Positions 38,295 to 49,811 of a stretch of 64,000 nt of DNA are shown here, in pieces (the stretch's first letter is position 1; each line of letters opens with the position of its first letter). The stretch lies in the NCBI GenBank assembly GCA_965178125.1, contig OZ237755.1:868001-932000 (forward strand), given 5' to 3'. Source of the stretch: Bilabrum cf. latius. Its lineage: Eukaryota. The notes under the pieces are model-generated. The model was not told the origin of the DNA and did no database searches. It saw only the letters and a list, made by a program, of their open reading frames with translations. The translations under genes and the position numbers were made by a program.

Positions 38295-39949
38295 CAGGGC
38301 TGCGCGTTATTAAGGGCTCCTTAATAACGTGGATTTTCACCCGCGGAGGCCTTAATAACGGAAGTCACTTTGTCGCCTCAACACCCCATAACAATGGGCA
38401 AAAATACTAAATATAGTTTAAATAATTAATATTTTATTCGTATGGGCAGATTTATTATCGATGTTGGTATTATTGAGCCAGTATGAGCGTGCTACAATTC
38501 AATCCTTCAACGTCCAACCCACGCAGGTCGGCATTAGGCCAAGAAAAGGCAGACAACGCCGCCAAAGTCTAGCACGCATAGCATGGTCGAATAATGCCTA
38601 CTCAGAATAGCCTGCTGGTATTCGTAAATTTCACCAGGCTAAGAGTGCAGCTGAGCTACTACTGAAGCTAGGTGCAGGGCTCCTTTTGGGTGCAAGACTG
38701 TGTGGCCCGACCGGACATTACTCTAATGTACTCCACATTGTTACTGGTATTGATACAATATCCGGTGCGAAGGAGCTTGAGGCGCGATTAATGCGTCTGC
38801 TGGTGCAGCACGACGATCCGGGATCTGCACACCCTTGTACCTGGGCTCCCCAACACCTTCTCAGAGAGCCCGAAGCAAAGGCTATGGCGTCTTGCTGGCG
38901 GACTCAGCGTGCTAGAACTATACAGGCGTAGGAAACGAAGGGAAAGCACGCCATATCCGCGATACTGAAGATGAATTTGGATGCATTATCGTTGGCTGTT
39001 CGGGCTCCTCGGGTCTTGGGCAAGGCATGGCTCGAGAAGAACAAGTGGTGGATGCTGCCAAGCACCGCCGTTGGCTTTGCGTTCATCACTGCTGAGGATG
39101 GGCTGGTGCTGATGGATTCGTACGAAGCTTAGGCATACCACAAGCGTGAGCTTCTCCGACCGAAGCAGACGCAATAGCATCTGTTGGGTAGGCAGGCCGC
39201 AATGACGCCCTTAACAAGGATCTCGCACCAGGAATAACCATCGGACAGGCTGCAGATGACGGTAAATGTTTGTTCAACTCGCTTGTGCAGCTGCTTCCTA
39301 AGGGCCCGACCACCTCATAGCCTTGTAGGTTGCGCAAGGCCATCGTTGACGAGGTCGAAAAGGGCATGGGCGACTTCGTCAGGGGAGGCTCGACAGTTCT
39401 TGAGAAGATGATGCAGACACCTGACGGCACGGAAAAGATGCTGATCTTGTAGTAGTACGTGAACATGCGCAAGGACGGTGTGAGGGGTGGTCAAATCGAA
39501 GAAATGGCTGCAGCGAGGGCGCTATCGTGGTCTGTACCCTTGGACCTGATGCGTACTTCTACTCGGTGCATGTCCCCTCCTCATCCCGTCAAGTGGTCGC
39601 CATACACTTGATGGGCTCCCACTACAGCCCGTGCCATGCAAGCCATGTGGTTCTGCGAGCCTTGGTCGTCGAGCACGAGTGAAGGGTGTCATGGCTTCTT
39701 GTGGCTATCCGGCAAGCGTCACAGCCTGGATAACTACCAGAATGTATTGCTTTGTAGTATACTAAGATGTTGTTTATAGTATGTGGCATATATATCATGC
39801 ATAACTCCCAATGTAAGGACTAAATGAAGAAGATCCAATGACCCGATCTTAATAACGTGGATTATTTTGAAAATCCTGTTAATCACCGGCTTAATCACGG
39901 ATCTTGAGTCCCGGTATTAAGGTTTTGGCCTTAATAACGCACAGCCCTG
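38295..39949. mobile_element. Non-autonomous hAT-type DNA transposon (1655 bp)
   Basis: 21-bp TIRs CAGGGCTGYGCGTTATTAAGG with one mismatch (38295-38315 / 39929-39949). 8-bp TSD GCTCTGAC (38287-38294, 39950-39957). Subterminal CTTAATAACG repeats. Confidence 0.92.
39240..39635 (+). pseudogene. OTU-like cysteine protease remnant inside the hAT element
   Basis: AADDGKCLFNSL, LRKAIVDEV, YVNMRKDGVRGGQIEEMAAARAL, then after a frameshift AIHLMGSHYSP. Confidence 0.7.
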
Positions 39950-39957
39950 GCTCTGAC

Positions 39958-40222
39958 TCACTCTTTGCTGCTGCCTCCATGGGGCGGTGTGCTCGAGTTC
40001 TGGCCCACGCAGGAGGATATGTGGCGGTGCTTCGAGCACATGACCGAGCTGGCCTCTGGCAACTACGCAAGATGGGCCAACTCGGACCCCCACAAATTTC
40101 GGAGCGACTCCAAGGGTGACTATACGGAAGTGGACGTAGTGGGAATGGTGGGGGAGGCCTCGAGGCTGGCCGAAAGGGTCGTAAGATCCAGGCAGACCTT
40201 CGCAGACCTTGCTGGTGACTGA
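39958..40222 (+). CDS. GT61/EOGT-like glycosyltransferase, 3' piece
   Basis: Removing the element and one TSD restores GMHGAALT-HSLLLPPWGGVLEFWP; ends in TGA. Confidence 0.85.
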
Positions 40223-40645
40223 TAGGCTAGCCTATGTCTATCACTATGATAGCTGTGATATGAATCCATAGGCTAAAGCATCCGGGTGTTGCAGAGGTGT
40301 ATCGTCTAGCCCTAGATACCTAGAAGTTTGTGGACGATCCGGGATCCGGATGTCGCAAAAATTCCTGCTTGATCCATGAATGCCAAAAATTCTTGCCCCA
40401 GGTCCCGCGGACCAACTGGAACTCACCCCGAGCGACTGTTTCTTAACCAGCCCACCTGAATGCGGTATCACTGCGAATAAACACACCACTTTCCCAATCC
40501 GGATGCACACGACTGGCTGGCGATGGCGGCTGGCCCCGCAGGCTGTGTCGACCTAGGGGGACGTGCTTGGTTGAGTTGAACTCGAAAGTACGTATGAAAC
40601 CATTGGCTGCAACGGAGGTCCGGGATCCACCAGTCTAGCATGCAG

Positions 40646-43600
40646 TCACTCCCCACCACCACCACCGGCGGGATCGGCCGCCAGCAACATGTCGAGCACG
40701 CTCTGCTCCTCGGCTGGCCCACGTCTCCCAGTCTGTGGCCCCAACTGCCCGTCGGCCTTGCCGCTTGCTTTCTCCACCGAGCCTGCTGCATCGTCGACCA
40801 CTTCCTCCCCATGCTCATCTTCACTACCAGTGTCATGCTCGAAAGCAGGGTCCACGACCACACCCACGGGCAGCTGCTGATCCAGGCCGCTGATCGCATC
40901 GCTCACCGCGAACACGTGCAGCGGCAGCCACCACGCGCCGCTCGACAGCCGGCGAGCATACCTCGGCATGCTCTCGGGAATGAACACACGCAGGTCGTGC
41001 GTGGCAGAGGCCCCTGATCCGATCCTCTTGAGCGCCAGCAGCTCCTCATCAGGCTACTCGTCATCGTCACCATCGTCGCCATCCACGCTGTCGCCGTCCT
41101 TGCGGTCTTCATCGAGACCTGCACCACCGACATGCCCGGCAGCGGTCCAGCGGTCCAACCCCGAACGATACCCAGGCGCCGACCCACCGCTGGTTGCTGC
41201 TGCTGCTGCTGCTGCTGCGTTGGCTTCGCCGTCCTCTAGCCCTCCAGGGCATGCCCCGTCAGGCGCGCACCCAGCCATCAGCCACCACCCAGACTCCTTC
41301 TACCTCGGCCACCGAGGCGCGAACACGCGCCTGCTGGCAGACCTGCCGTTCTGCAGCTGCCATCTCACGCGGATCACGAGCTCCTCGCCAGGGGCAGCGC
41401 GCAGGATCAGCTGCGACCTGCGAGTTGGAACGTACACACTGCTCTTGCCTGCCAGCAGGTGCCTGTCACGGCCCTGCAGCTCGCCAGTGCTGACAACGCG
41501 GTCCCCTGACAGCTGGCTCAGGCCCCGCAGTGCCGACGATTTCGCCGCCCCTGTCCCTCCGGTCTTGTGCAGTGGCAGCACCTCGCAGCCCAGGGACACG
41601 CGGGGAAGGCCGCGGATGGCCTGCTCCAGCGCCCCCTTGCCCCTGGCATCCAGGCCTCTCACGGTCCTCAGTGCCTTGGAAATCGATGCCTGTCTCTCGG
41701 CCGCAAGCTCCCCCAGTGAGGGCTGCGCGAGGTCCTTGGTCACCTGCTTTGCACCATCCAGCGCAGGAGAATGCGGCAGGGGGGAAGCGATTCCCGGAGT
41801 CTGCCCTCTCTTAGAACCCATGCCGAAGGGTAGACCCAGCGCACGCGCGGCTCGTTCCTGCGTGGACGAGAGGCAGGCCAGGGCCAGTTGCCTTTGGACC
41901 TAGGAGGAGGACCCGTGCGGCAGCTGGGTGCAGTCTGCCGCCCCTGACGATGGCATCCTGGCCTGCACCAGTGCCTGGCTCAACTCTGCCAGAGCTAGGC
42001 AAGCGGACAGCAGGCCCTTGTCGGCCGACATGTCCATCAGCGCATTGAGCACTCTCGCGCATTGGTCCAGCACGGTCTTGGTGTCGTTTGCGTAGTCCGA
42101 GATGGGCGGCGGCAGCCTGCACATGTGCGACTGCAGCAGCAAGAAGGCCTTCGTGTGCGCGTCTCCGAAGTCCCTCTCGTCAGTGTCCACCTTCCATGGC
42201 AGGCGCCGGGCCAGCTCTTCGTTCAGCTGGTCCTCGTTGTGCCTGACGGGCAGCTCGGCAAACTCGCTCGCGTCAGCGAGGAGCTGCGCCATCCAAGGGA
42301 AGGACCGGAGCTGCTCGTCATCGGCCTCGTCCAGCCTGCGGTTGAACGTGCCCACCGTCTCGTGCCGAAGATAGTAGAACGATGCGATGAGGCCGAGAGT
42401 GGAAGGGGCAACGGCCTCCTGCCGCACAAGCCGCTACCGCTCCATCCGTGCGGCGCGCCGCGCCTCTCGCACGGCCCACGCCCTCGAGGCAGCCGTTGGT
42501 CGAAGCATGTCCATCTTCGTAGGCACTCTGGAGGCGACCCCCTTGGTACCCTTGCCCTTTCCCTTGCCTTCCCCTGACTTTTCCCTCTCGCGACGCGCGG
42601 CACGCTCCTCTTTACGAGCAGCCGCCACCTACTGCATGAGCTCAGCCTTGGTGGCGCGCGCCCCGAGCACCTGCCTCGCCCTCGCCAACTCGTCCAGCGA
42701 CACATCGTCTGGCTCCCGGTTCGAACGGCCGCTCCCACGCGCCTGCGCCCCCACGAGAGCAGGGCTGCCCTCGGGCTGCGCACCTGCCACAGCGGAGTAC
42801 TCCTCGTCCGCTTCGTCATCGGAAGAGTCCTCCTCGTCCACAGCATCGGCGGCTTCCTCCTCTGTGACCATGCCGAACGCGTCTGCCGCAGCATCCCCAA
42901 GCAGGACGCAGCCGTCCTCCTCGAGGTCCTCCAGCACGCCATCGACCAGCCGCCGCAAGAAATCAGCCACGCCCCTCGGGCTCGCATCCCGCAGTCCATA
43001 GTACGCAGGGTTCTGCACGAGCCTGCGGAAGAAGTACGTCCATGTCAGGAAGTCAACGGCGTCTGACCTAGAGTGGATCGTGCCCGAAGCCACTTCCGCG
43101 GCGAGGTGGTCGTGCAGAGACTCCCGCAGGTGGCTCTCAACAGGGAAGGGCGCGTACAGGAACTTGCGGTAGAAGTCCTTCTTGGGCTGGTGCACCAGCA
43201 CCACGGCCACTGCGCTGTCGTCAAACTGCGGCCTTCCCGCCCTGCCGATCATCTGCAGCACGTCGGTGATGGGGAAGTCCTGGTATCGCCCCGACTTGCC
43301 GTCGAAGAACTCCGTGCCTTTGACCACCACGAGGTGGGCCGGCAGGTTGACCCCCCACGCCAACGTTGCCGTGCACACCAGCACAAGGATCTTCTGCTGC
43401 GCGAAGAGACTCTCGACCAGGTTCCTGTCCCTTTCGTTGAGACCCGCGTGGTGCAGCCCCACACCGAAACGGATCGTGTGCGCCAGGGCGGGGTCCTTGC
43501 ACCGCGCCGCTGCCTCCTCGGCCTCGGCGTCGCTCATGCGGAGGAAAGGGGAGGTGGGCACGCCGGTGCCCATGGCGACTCCGGACGCCTCCATGGACTC

Positions 43601-46600
43601 CTGATCGCCTGCCGCGAGCGCGATCAGCTCCAGCGCGGTCAGGCGCGTCTGCCTCCTGGACGACACAAACACGAGGGCAGGCTTCCCGGGGCTGTGCGCC
43701 AGGATCGCCTGGTAGGTGGGCTTGTTCATCGTGGCCATTCTCGGGCAGTAGTGTCGCCCGGGGAACCCCTCAACGTATACTGTGCAAGGGACGGGCCGGA
43801 CAGAGGGCGAGAAGTTGAAGAGCCCGGCGCGCGTGACTCCGAGCCAGTCTGCCAGGTCACCAGCGTTCGCCAGCGCAGTTGACAGGCCCACGAGCCTCAC
43901 GGGAGACCTCGTCTTGCTCGCGATGTACCGCATGCGACTCACGATCACCTCTAGCACAGGCCCGCGGTCCTCCCCCAGCAAGTGGATCTCGTCAATGATC
44001 ACCAGACCAACCCTCCTCACGTACTCCCGCTTTCGCCATGACCTCGAGATCCCGTCCCATTTCTCAGGCGTGGTGACAAGGATGTCCGCTTCTCGCAGGG
44101 CCCGGGCATTGGGCGTGTGGTCGCCCGTAAGCTCCACCACCTTTTTTCCAAGCCCGGGGTGTCCCGCATCTCCTTGCAAGCGCTTCCTCCAGTCTTTGAT
44201 CCGCTCGCTCACCAGAGCTTTCAGAGGAGCGACATAGACCGCCTTGGCTCCTGGACGCTCGGAGAAGAGCCGAAGCAGGGCCAGCTCAGCGCACACGGTC
44301 TTGCCACTGCCAGTCGGGGCGCCCAGCAGCACGTTGTGGTCCGTGCACCGCAGCACGTGGTAGCACTGCGTCTAGATCGCGTTGAAGTGCTGAAAGCGTG
44401 GATACAGCGCCTCGTGCTTGGCCGAGCCCAGCACGGACTTCGGCAGTGGAAGCAGCGGAAGCAGCGGGGTTTGCACCGGCTTGGACGTGGGGACGGAGAG
44501 CCCCTCGAGATCCACCTGCGCCAGCGAAGCTCCGCCAAGCCACCTATCGCTCAAGCAGCGCGCCCACAGCTGGGAGGGGACCGGCTCCGGCAGCGCCACT
44601 GTACACCCCACCACGATGGGCTCGCCGGGCTCCGGAGTTTCTTCCCCTGGTGCTGCCCGCCGCCTGCCCCCTCGCCTCCCCTTGCCCATGCTTGCGAGCG
44701 CTTGTTCCCTGGTGATGGTCACCACCTCGTGGTGGTACATGCGTTCCCTGTGCCCCCCATCCTCAACCCACACGTGGAAGCTCTGCGCCTGCCCGTGCTG
44801 CCGCACGTCCCACTCGAACTCGGGCCACAGCTTCACCTGCACGCGGTGGATCAGGTGCGTCACAGGCTACACCTCGATCTCCAGAGATACCCAGGGCAGC
44901 TTCCTGGCGCACTGAATGGCGAGGCGCCCGTTCTCCTTGCCAGCTAGCAGCCTGCCGGCATCAGCTGCGGTGAGCTCCGTCACCAGCCGGTCCAGCGAGA
45001 CGTTGCGCTCGTCTGCCGCGCGCGCTGCGCTGGCTGGTAGCGGCTTGGGCACAAACTGCCACAACGGAGACGACTCCCACCAGATGCGGCGGTCGATCGT
45101 CTGGCACATCCGCAGGAGCATGGCAGCTCGTACCGGCCACATGCGCCGGAGCGCGATTTCCAGCATCCCACGGGCCAGCCGTCCCGCGGACTGCGCCACG
45201 AACGCCGTGTCAGACACGAGAGTGAACGACATGACCCTTGCCCTGGATATGTATGCCTGCAGCAGCACATTGGTCTTTCCCTCCTTGGATAGAAGGTCGG
45301 CCTTCACGTTCACTGCGCACGACCCGAGAAGCCTCCGGATCTCCTTGTGCTCCTCCTCGCGCACCTTGAGCTGGGCGAACTCCTGCGCGCAGCTCAGCAG
45401 GTGCAGCAGCTCCTCCTCGGTCGAAGCACCCCCTTTGCCCTTGGCATCGCCCTCCATGCCGGCGCGGAACAGCTCCATCGTCTGGTGGTGAATGTAAAAA
45501 TGGCTTGCGACGCGACCCAGGTCGGTTGACTTGAGCACGAAATCACCGCGAGCAGCAGCCATGGCACCCGCAGCCGTGGCACCAACAGAGGAGGATCGAG
45601 CAGCGCCACCAATCGCAGCCAGCGAGCCAGCGCCGTCACCAGCCGCAGCCGCCGCTGCGAGCACCCCGCTGCCTTCGTTGTAGTTAATCATGCGACACTC
45701 AGTGAGCCGACGTGCAGCCGTTTGGATCGCGAGGCGCCTCTTGTCCACCAGCAGCGGGTCTGCGTCCATCTCGTTCGGGCGTACGCCGTAGGACCTAGGA
45801 GACCGTAGCATCCTGACGTACCAGTACGTGTATGACAGCCACTCCACGGCTTCTCGGACGGATGTCACGGTGCCAGCCACGACTTCGGCGTTGAGGTGAT
45901 CGGGCAGCGCCTTCTGAAACGCGCTCTCGATCGGCAGCTGCTCGGTGAGCATGCGGAGGTACTGCGGCAGCTCCTGCTCCGAGGTGATGATGCATGCATT
46001 GCCCTCCGTGTCGAACTGCGGGCGGCCCGCTCTGCCGAAGATCTGCAGCACGTCGAGCATGGACAGGGACACGAAGGCGCCCTTGTCCGCGCTGTACACC
46101 TAGGTGCCTTTGATGATCACTGTGTTGGCCGGAAGGTTGACACCCCACGCCAGCGTTGCCGTACACACGAGCACCTTGATGAGCCCAGCGGAGAACAGTT
46201 TCTCGGTCAGGGTTCTGTCGCTCCGCAGCATGCCCGCGTGGTGCACCCCCAGCCCGCTGTCGAGGAGCGTCTTGAGAGCCTAGTGCCTGCTGCGCTGCAC
46301 CTGCCGGCGAAGGCCAGACATGTCTCCCGATTTGGCGGCATCACTGGCACTGATCATCATCGCAGCAACATCGTCGTACTCCCCCGGGGGCGGCCACACC
46401 TCCTCCTCTTCTTCCTCTTCCTCCCCACCGTTTCCACCGCGTCCACGCCCCCGGCCCCCACCGCGTCCACCGCCCCGCTTCGGTCTGCCCCGGGAGGCCC
46501 TCTCCACGGGGGGGGCACCGCCCCTGCCGGCCCCCCGCCCGTGCCCCTGGCCCATCTCAAAGACGCCGCCACCAGCAGCGCCCGGGCCCCTCCCAGTGGC

Positions 46601-49189
46601 CTCTGCGCCAAGGGCGCCGGCAGCCACGTCGGCTTGCACTCCTCCTGCCACGGAGCCCAGCCACTGCCTGAATTCGTCCGCCGTGTCAGTGGTGTCCTTG
46701 CGCGAGTGCACAAACACCATGCACTGCTTGCCTCTTCGGATTGCCTCCATGGCCTTCTCGAAGGCGATCTTGTTCATGGCCTCCTTGCGGTCTCGCACTC
46801 GCCGCGCCGTCACACCCACGAACGTCTACTGAAGCGGAACTGGCCTGTGCGCGGCGCCGAAGTGGTGCAGACCGGTGTCAGGGTTCACCCTGAGGAACAG
46901 TGCCACGTCCATGTAGTTGGGCAGCGTGGCGCTCAGCCCCACGAGCCTGATGGCAGTCTGCGTGAGCTCCACCAGACGCAGCGTCCTTGCCACGATCGAC
47001 TCGATCACGGCGCCTCGCCCGTCCGCCAGCAGGTGCACCTCGTCGATGATCAAGAGGCCCACTTGCTGCGCCAGCGAACCTTCGCTGCCCTTCCTCGTGA
47101 TCACGTCCCACTTCTCGGGCGTCGTGACGATCACCTGCGTCTCAGATATCTCCCTGCGGGTCAGCTGCATGTCGCCAGTCAGCTCGCGGACCCTGAGTCC
47201 CATCGGAGCCAGCCTGCTCGAGAACTTGCTGGTCACCTCCGCTGCCAGCGCCTTCATCGGGGCCACGTAGATGATCTTGATCTCGTCTTTCTGCAGCACC
47301 CCGCCCAGGAAGTGCTGCGACAGCTCGCGGCACACTGCCAGCATGGCCACGTTGGTCTTGCCAGCACCCGTGGGGGCGCACACGAGCATGTTCTCGTTGC
47401 TTCCGAACGCACAGGGGAACACAGCGCTCTGCAGCGCGTTCAGACTGCTGATCCCGCGGAACGCCGGCCTGCAGAACTCGGGGAGTGATGCGACGCTCAC
47501 CAGCGGAGGGTCCCTGGCCTTGTCCCTCTTCTGCGCGGGCACCATCACCTCCCTGATGTTCTTCTTCTTCGTCTCCACGGTCCCCGGGGGGAGGTCTATG
47601 CCCTTCTCCCGCGCACCAAGAGCGAACCCCTGCCCGCCCATGCCGCTCCCCGCAGCCACACCGTTGGCCCCCAGACGGAGAGGCCCCTCCCCCTCCCACT
47701 CCGACGGGTCCACGCCTCCCGCAAGAGCCCTGGCAGCCCCCTCCGACAGGCCCAAGCTGTGCTCCACCGCAGCCTCCTCCGCGCTCAGCATGCCTGAAGA
47801 CCCCATGTTGGGGTTGATCATGATGTTCTGCCCCTCCTCCCCCTTGGAGAGAGCCTTGGCCGCGCTCTTCTGGTGCCTCGCCTCCCTCCTCTGCACCCTC
47901 CTGAGCGCCTTCTGCCGCTGCTGCTCCTCCCAGGACACGACTGAAACGCCCACGCCTCCACGCGCCGCATAGCTGCGGGTGTCTTTCTGCGCAGCAGCAG
48001 CAGCAGCAGCAGCTGCCGACAGCCCGCCTCGGGCCCGCCCCATGCGAAGGGCCTCTGCTGCAGTGCCGCGCTCTGCCTCCCGTCGAGCCACCTGCCTCAC
48101 CTGGCTCTCCTCCAACCCGCCGATGGAGTCGGCGTGCTGCACGGCCGCTTCAATCACGTCCATCCCGCGCCCCTCGGCACCTACCACCTCGAAGAGCCTT
48201 GTCTGAAGCGCTGCCGCCCTGGCCTCTTTGCCCTGGCCCTTGGTGGACTTGCGGGCCAGGCGGACGGCTCCGATCACGGACACGGCAACTTCGACCGGAG
48301 ACAGCATCTGCTGTTCTCGGGGCAGAGAAGCCACGTGCTCGGCGCACAGGGCAAGGAGCCAGTGCGCGCTGCCTGCCGGGTATGCGCTGCCCGAGTGCGA
48401 GGCAGACTCGCCCCCAGCACCTGCACCAGCACCAGCACCTGCACCTGCAGCCGGCCCGGGCCCTGAGGCGCCAGGGGCCGAAGAGCCGGGCAGCTAGGGC
48501 GGTTTCGTTGATATTGCTCCTTGCTCGTTCAGAGGAGTCACCCGCACCGCCCTGCTCTTGAAGCGGCCGCCGAAGAGGCGCGCACGCGATGCATCAGGGT
48601 GTGCGGCCCCGCTACCGCGAGAGGCTGCGGCGGCCAGTCGCTCGGGGGCTGCCGCCTTGAGCCAGTCTACGAGAATGATACAGTGTTTTGCAAGTGCAGC
48701 GGCATCCTTGTCCGAAACTTGCAGAGAGAAGCGCAAGCCAGCACGTTGGACCTTCTCTGTGCTAGCATCGCTGCCAGCTCCAGACCCTCCAGCTTCGCTC
48801 GCAACCGCACAGAATGCGTCAAATGCGAACTCATTAGCCTCGTCAGCATCGACGATCCCACCATCTGTAGATATGGCTTGCCTAGCTGTGCGTTGCAGCG
48901 ACGCGTACGCCACTGCTGCTGAATCTCCTTGTCCAGCGGAACCATCCAAAGCGAACCATTCCTTTGAGATCGCCTCGTTCTCTGGGCAGTCCGATGAACC
49001 CTAAGTTAGCCTTCGTTCGGCCTTCTCGATCCAGTTAGTTCGACGAAGTTGGCGAATGATATCCTACCGAAGAAGCCTGCGCTGCCGGATCGGCTGCATG
49101 CCAGAGGAACTTTGTGAGTCATCCGAGGAGCGAATATATGAAGATACCCGCGGTAAGTCCAGCATTCGAACGGTTGTGTCGCTGTCCAT
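40646..49189 (-). CDS. ASCC3: Ski2-like dual-cassette helicase ASCC3/Slh1 (2847 aa, intronless, 13 TAG=Gln)
   Basis: N-terminal [10 protein letters not shown]. Two helicase cassettes ([12 protein letters not shown] and [12 protein letters not shown]), each followed by a Sec63 region; [26 protein letters not shown]. Single frame from ATG 49189 to TGA 40646. Confidence 0.95.
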
Positions 49190-49811
49190 GGCCCAAGTGT
49201 GGAGAACGAGGATCGTTCCGGTCCGGCAAGACTTTGCTTCAAACCGGAACTTCTTGAACCGGAACGCCCACGGAGGTGAAATTTGAGTGGAGATATGTGC
49301 TTTGAAACACAGTGGCGTAAAATATGGTCAATATAACAACAACAGGTAAGTGCGCTACGTGTCTCTTCCCTGCTAATCCCCAAAACCTGCGATGCAAGGC
49401 ATCAAAGTAAAGAGGATGTAAACCGGTTGTAGAAACGACCTTGGGGCGCCCATGGTCCATTGAAAGACCGCGGGGTCGTGCCCGAGGCGGTAGGGTGATC
49501 GGTTCCACATCCAGTCGGGGCCACGAATGGACCCGACCGGCAGCACTTATCTTCGCGGCACAACGACGCCCAGGCTGTGGGGAACAGCAGCCTTTCTTCC
49601 GTGTCACGGCCGCGGCCATCATCAAACAACAAGCAACCAAATCCAACACCAAGAATGGTAAAGGTTGTGGCAAAAGGGCAAGCAAACCGGCCACACAACC
49701 AGAACACGAGCACGTAGAGCGCTGATACCTTACCTCTGCTAGTCGAAAGAGCTCAACTGTTGATCGGTGCACGCAGCGCCCCGGCACCAGGTGATTACAC
49801 GGGGGAGGCCC

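Noticed and set aside
45896-47488. Long plus-strand ORFs (also 50263-51630, 22320-23324; minus 62685-63881)
   Set aside because: Antisense shadows of GC-rich genuine CDSs, with no domain motifs.
40646-49189. ASCC3 as a pseudogene or as several genes; alternatively BRR2/SNRNP200
   Set aside because: All breaks are same-frame TAG at Gln-compatible sites. The N-terminal LPRxxxxxRS, an intact second DEIH and [12 protein letters not shown] favour ASCC3.
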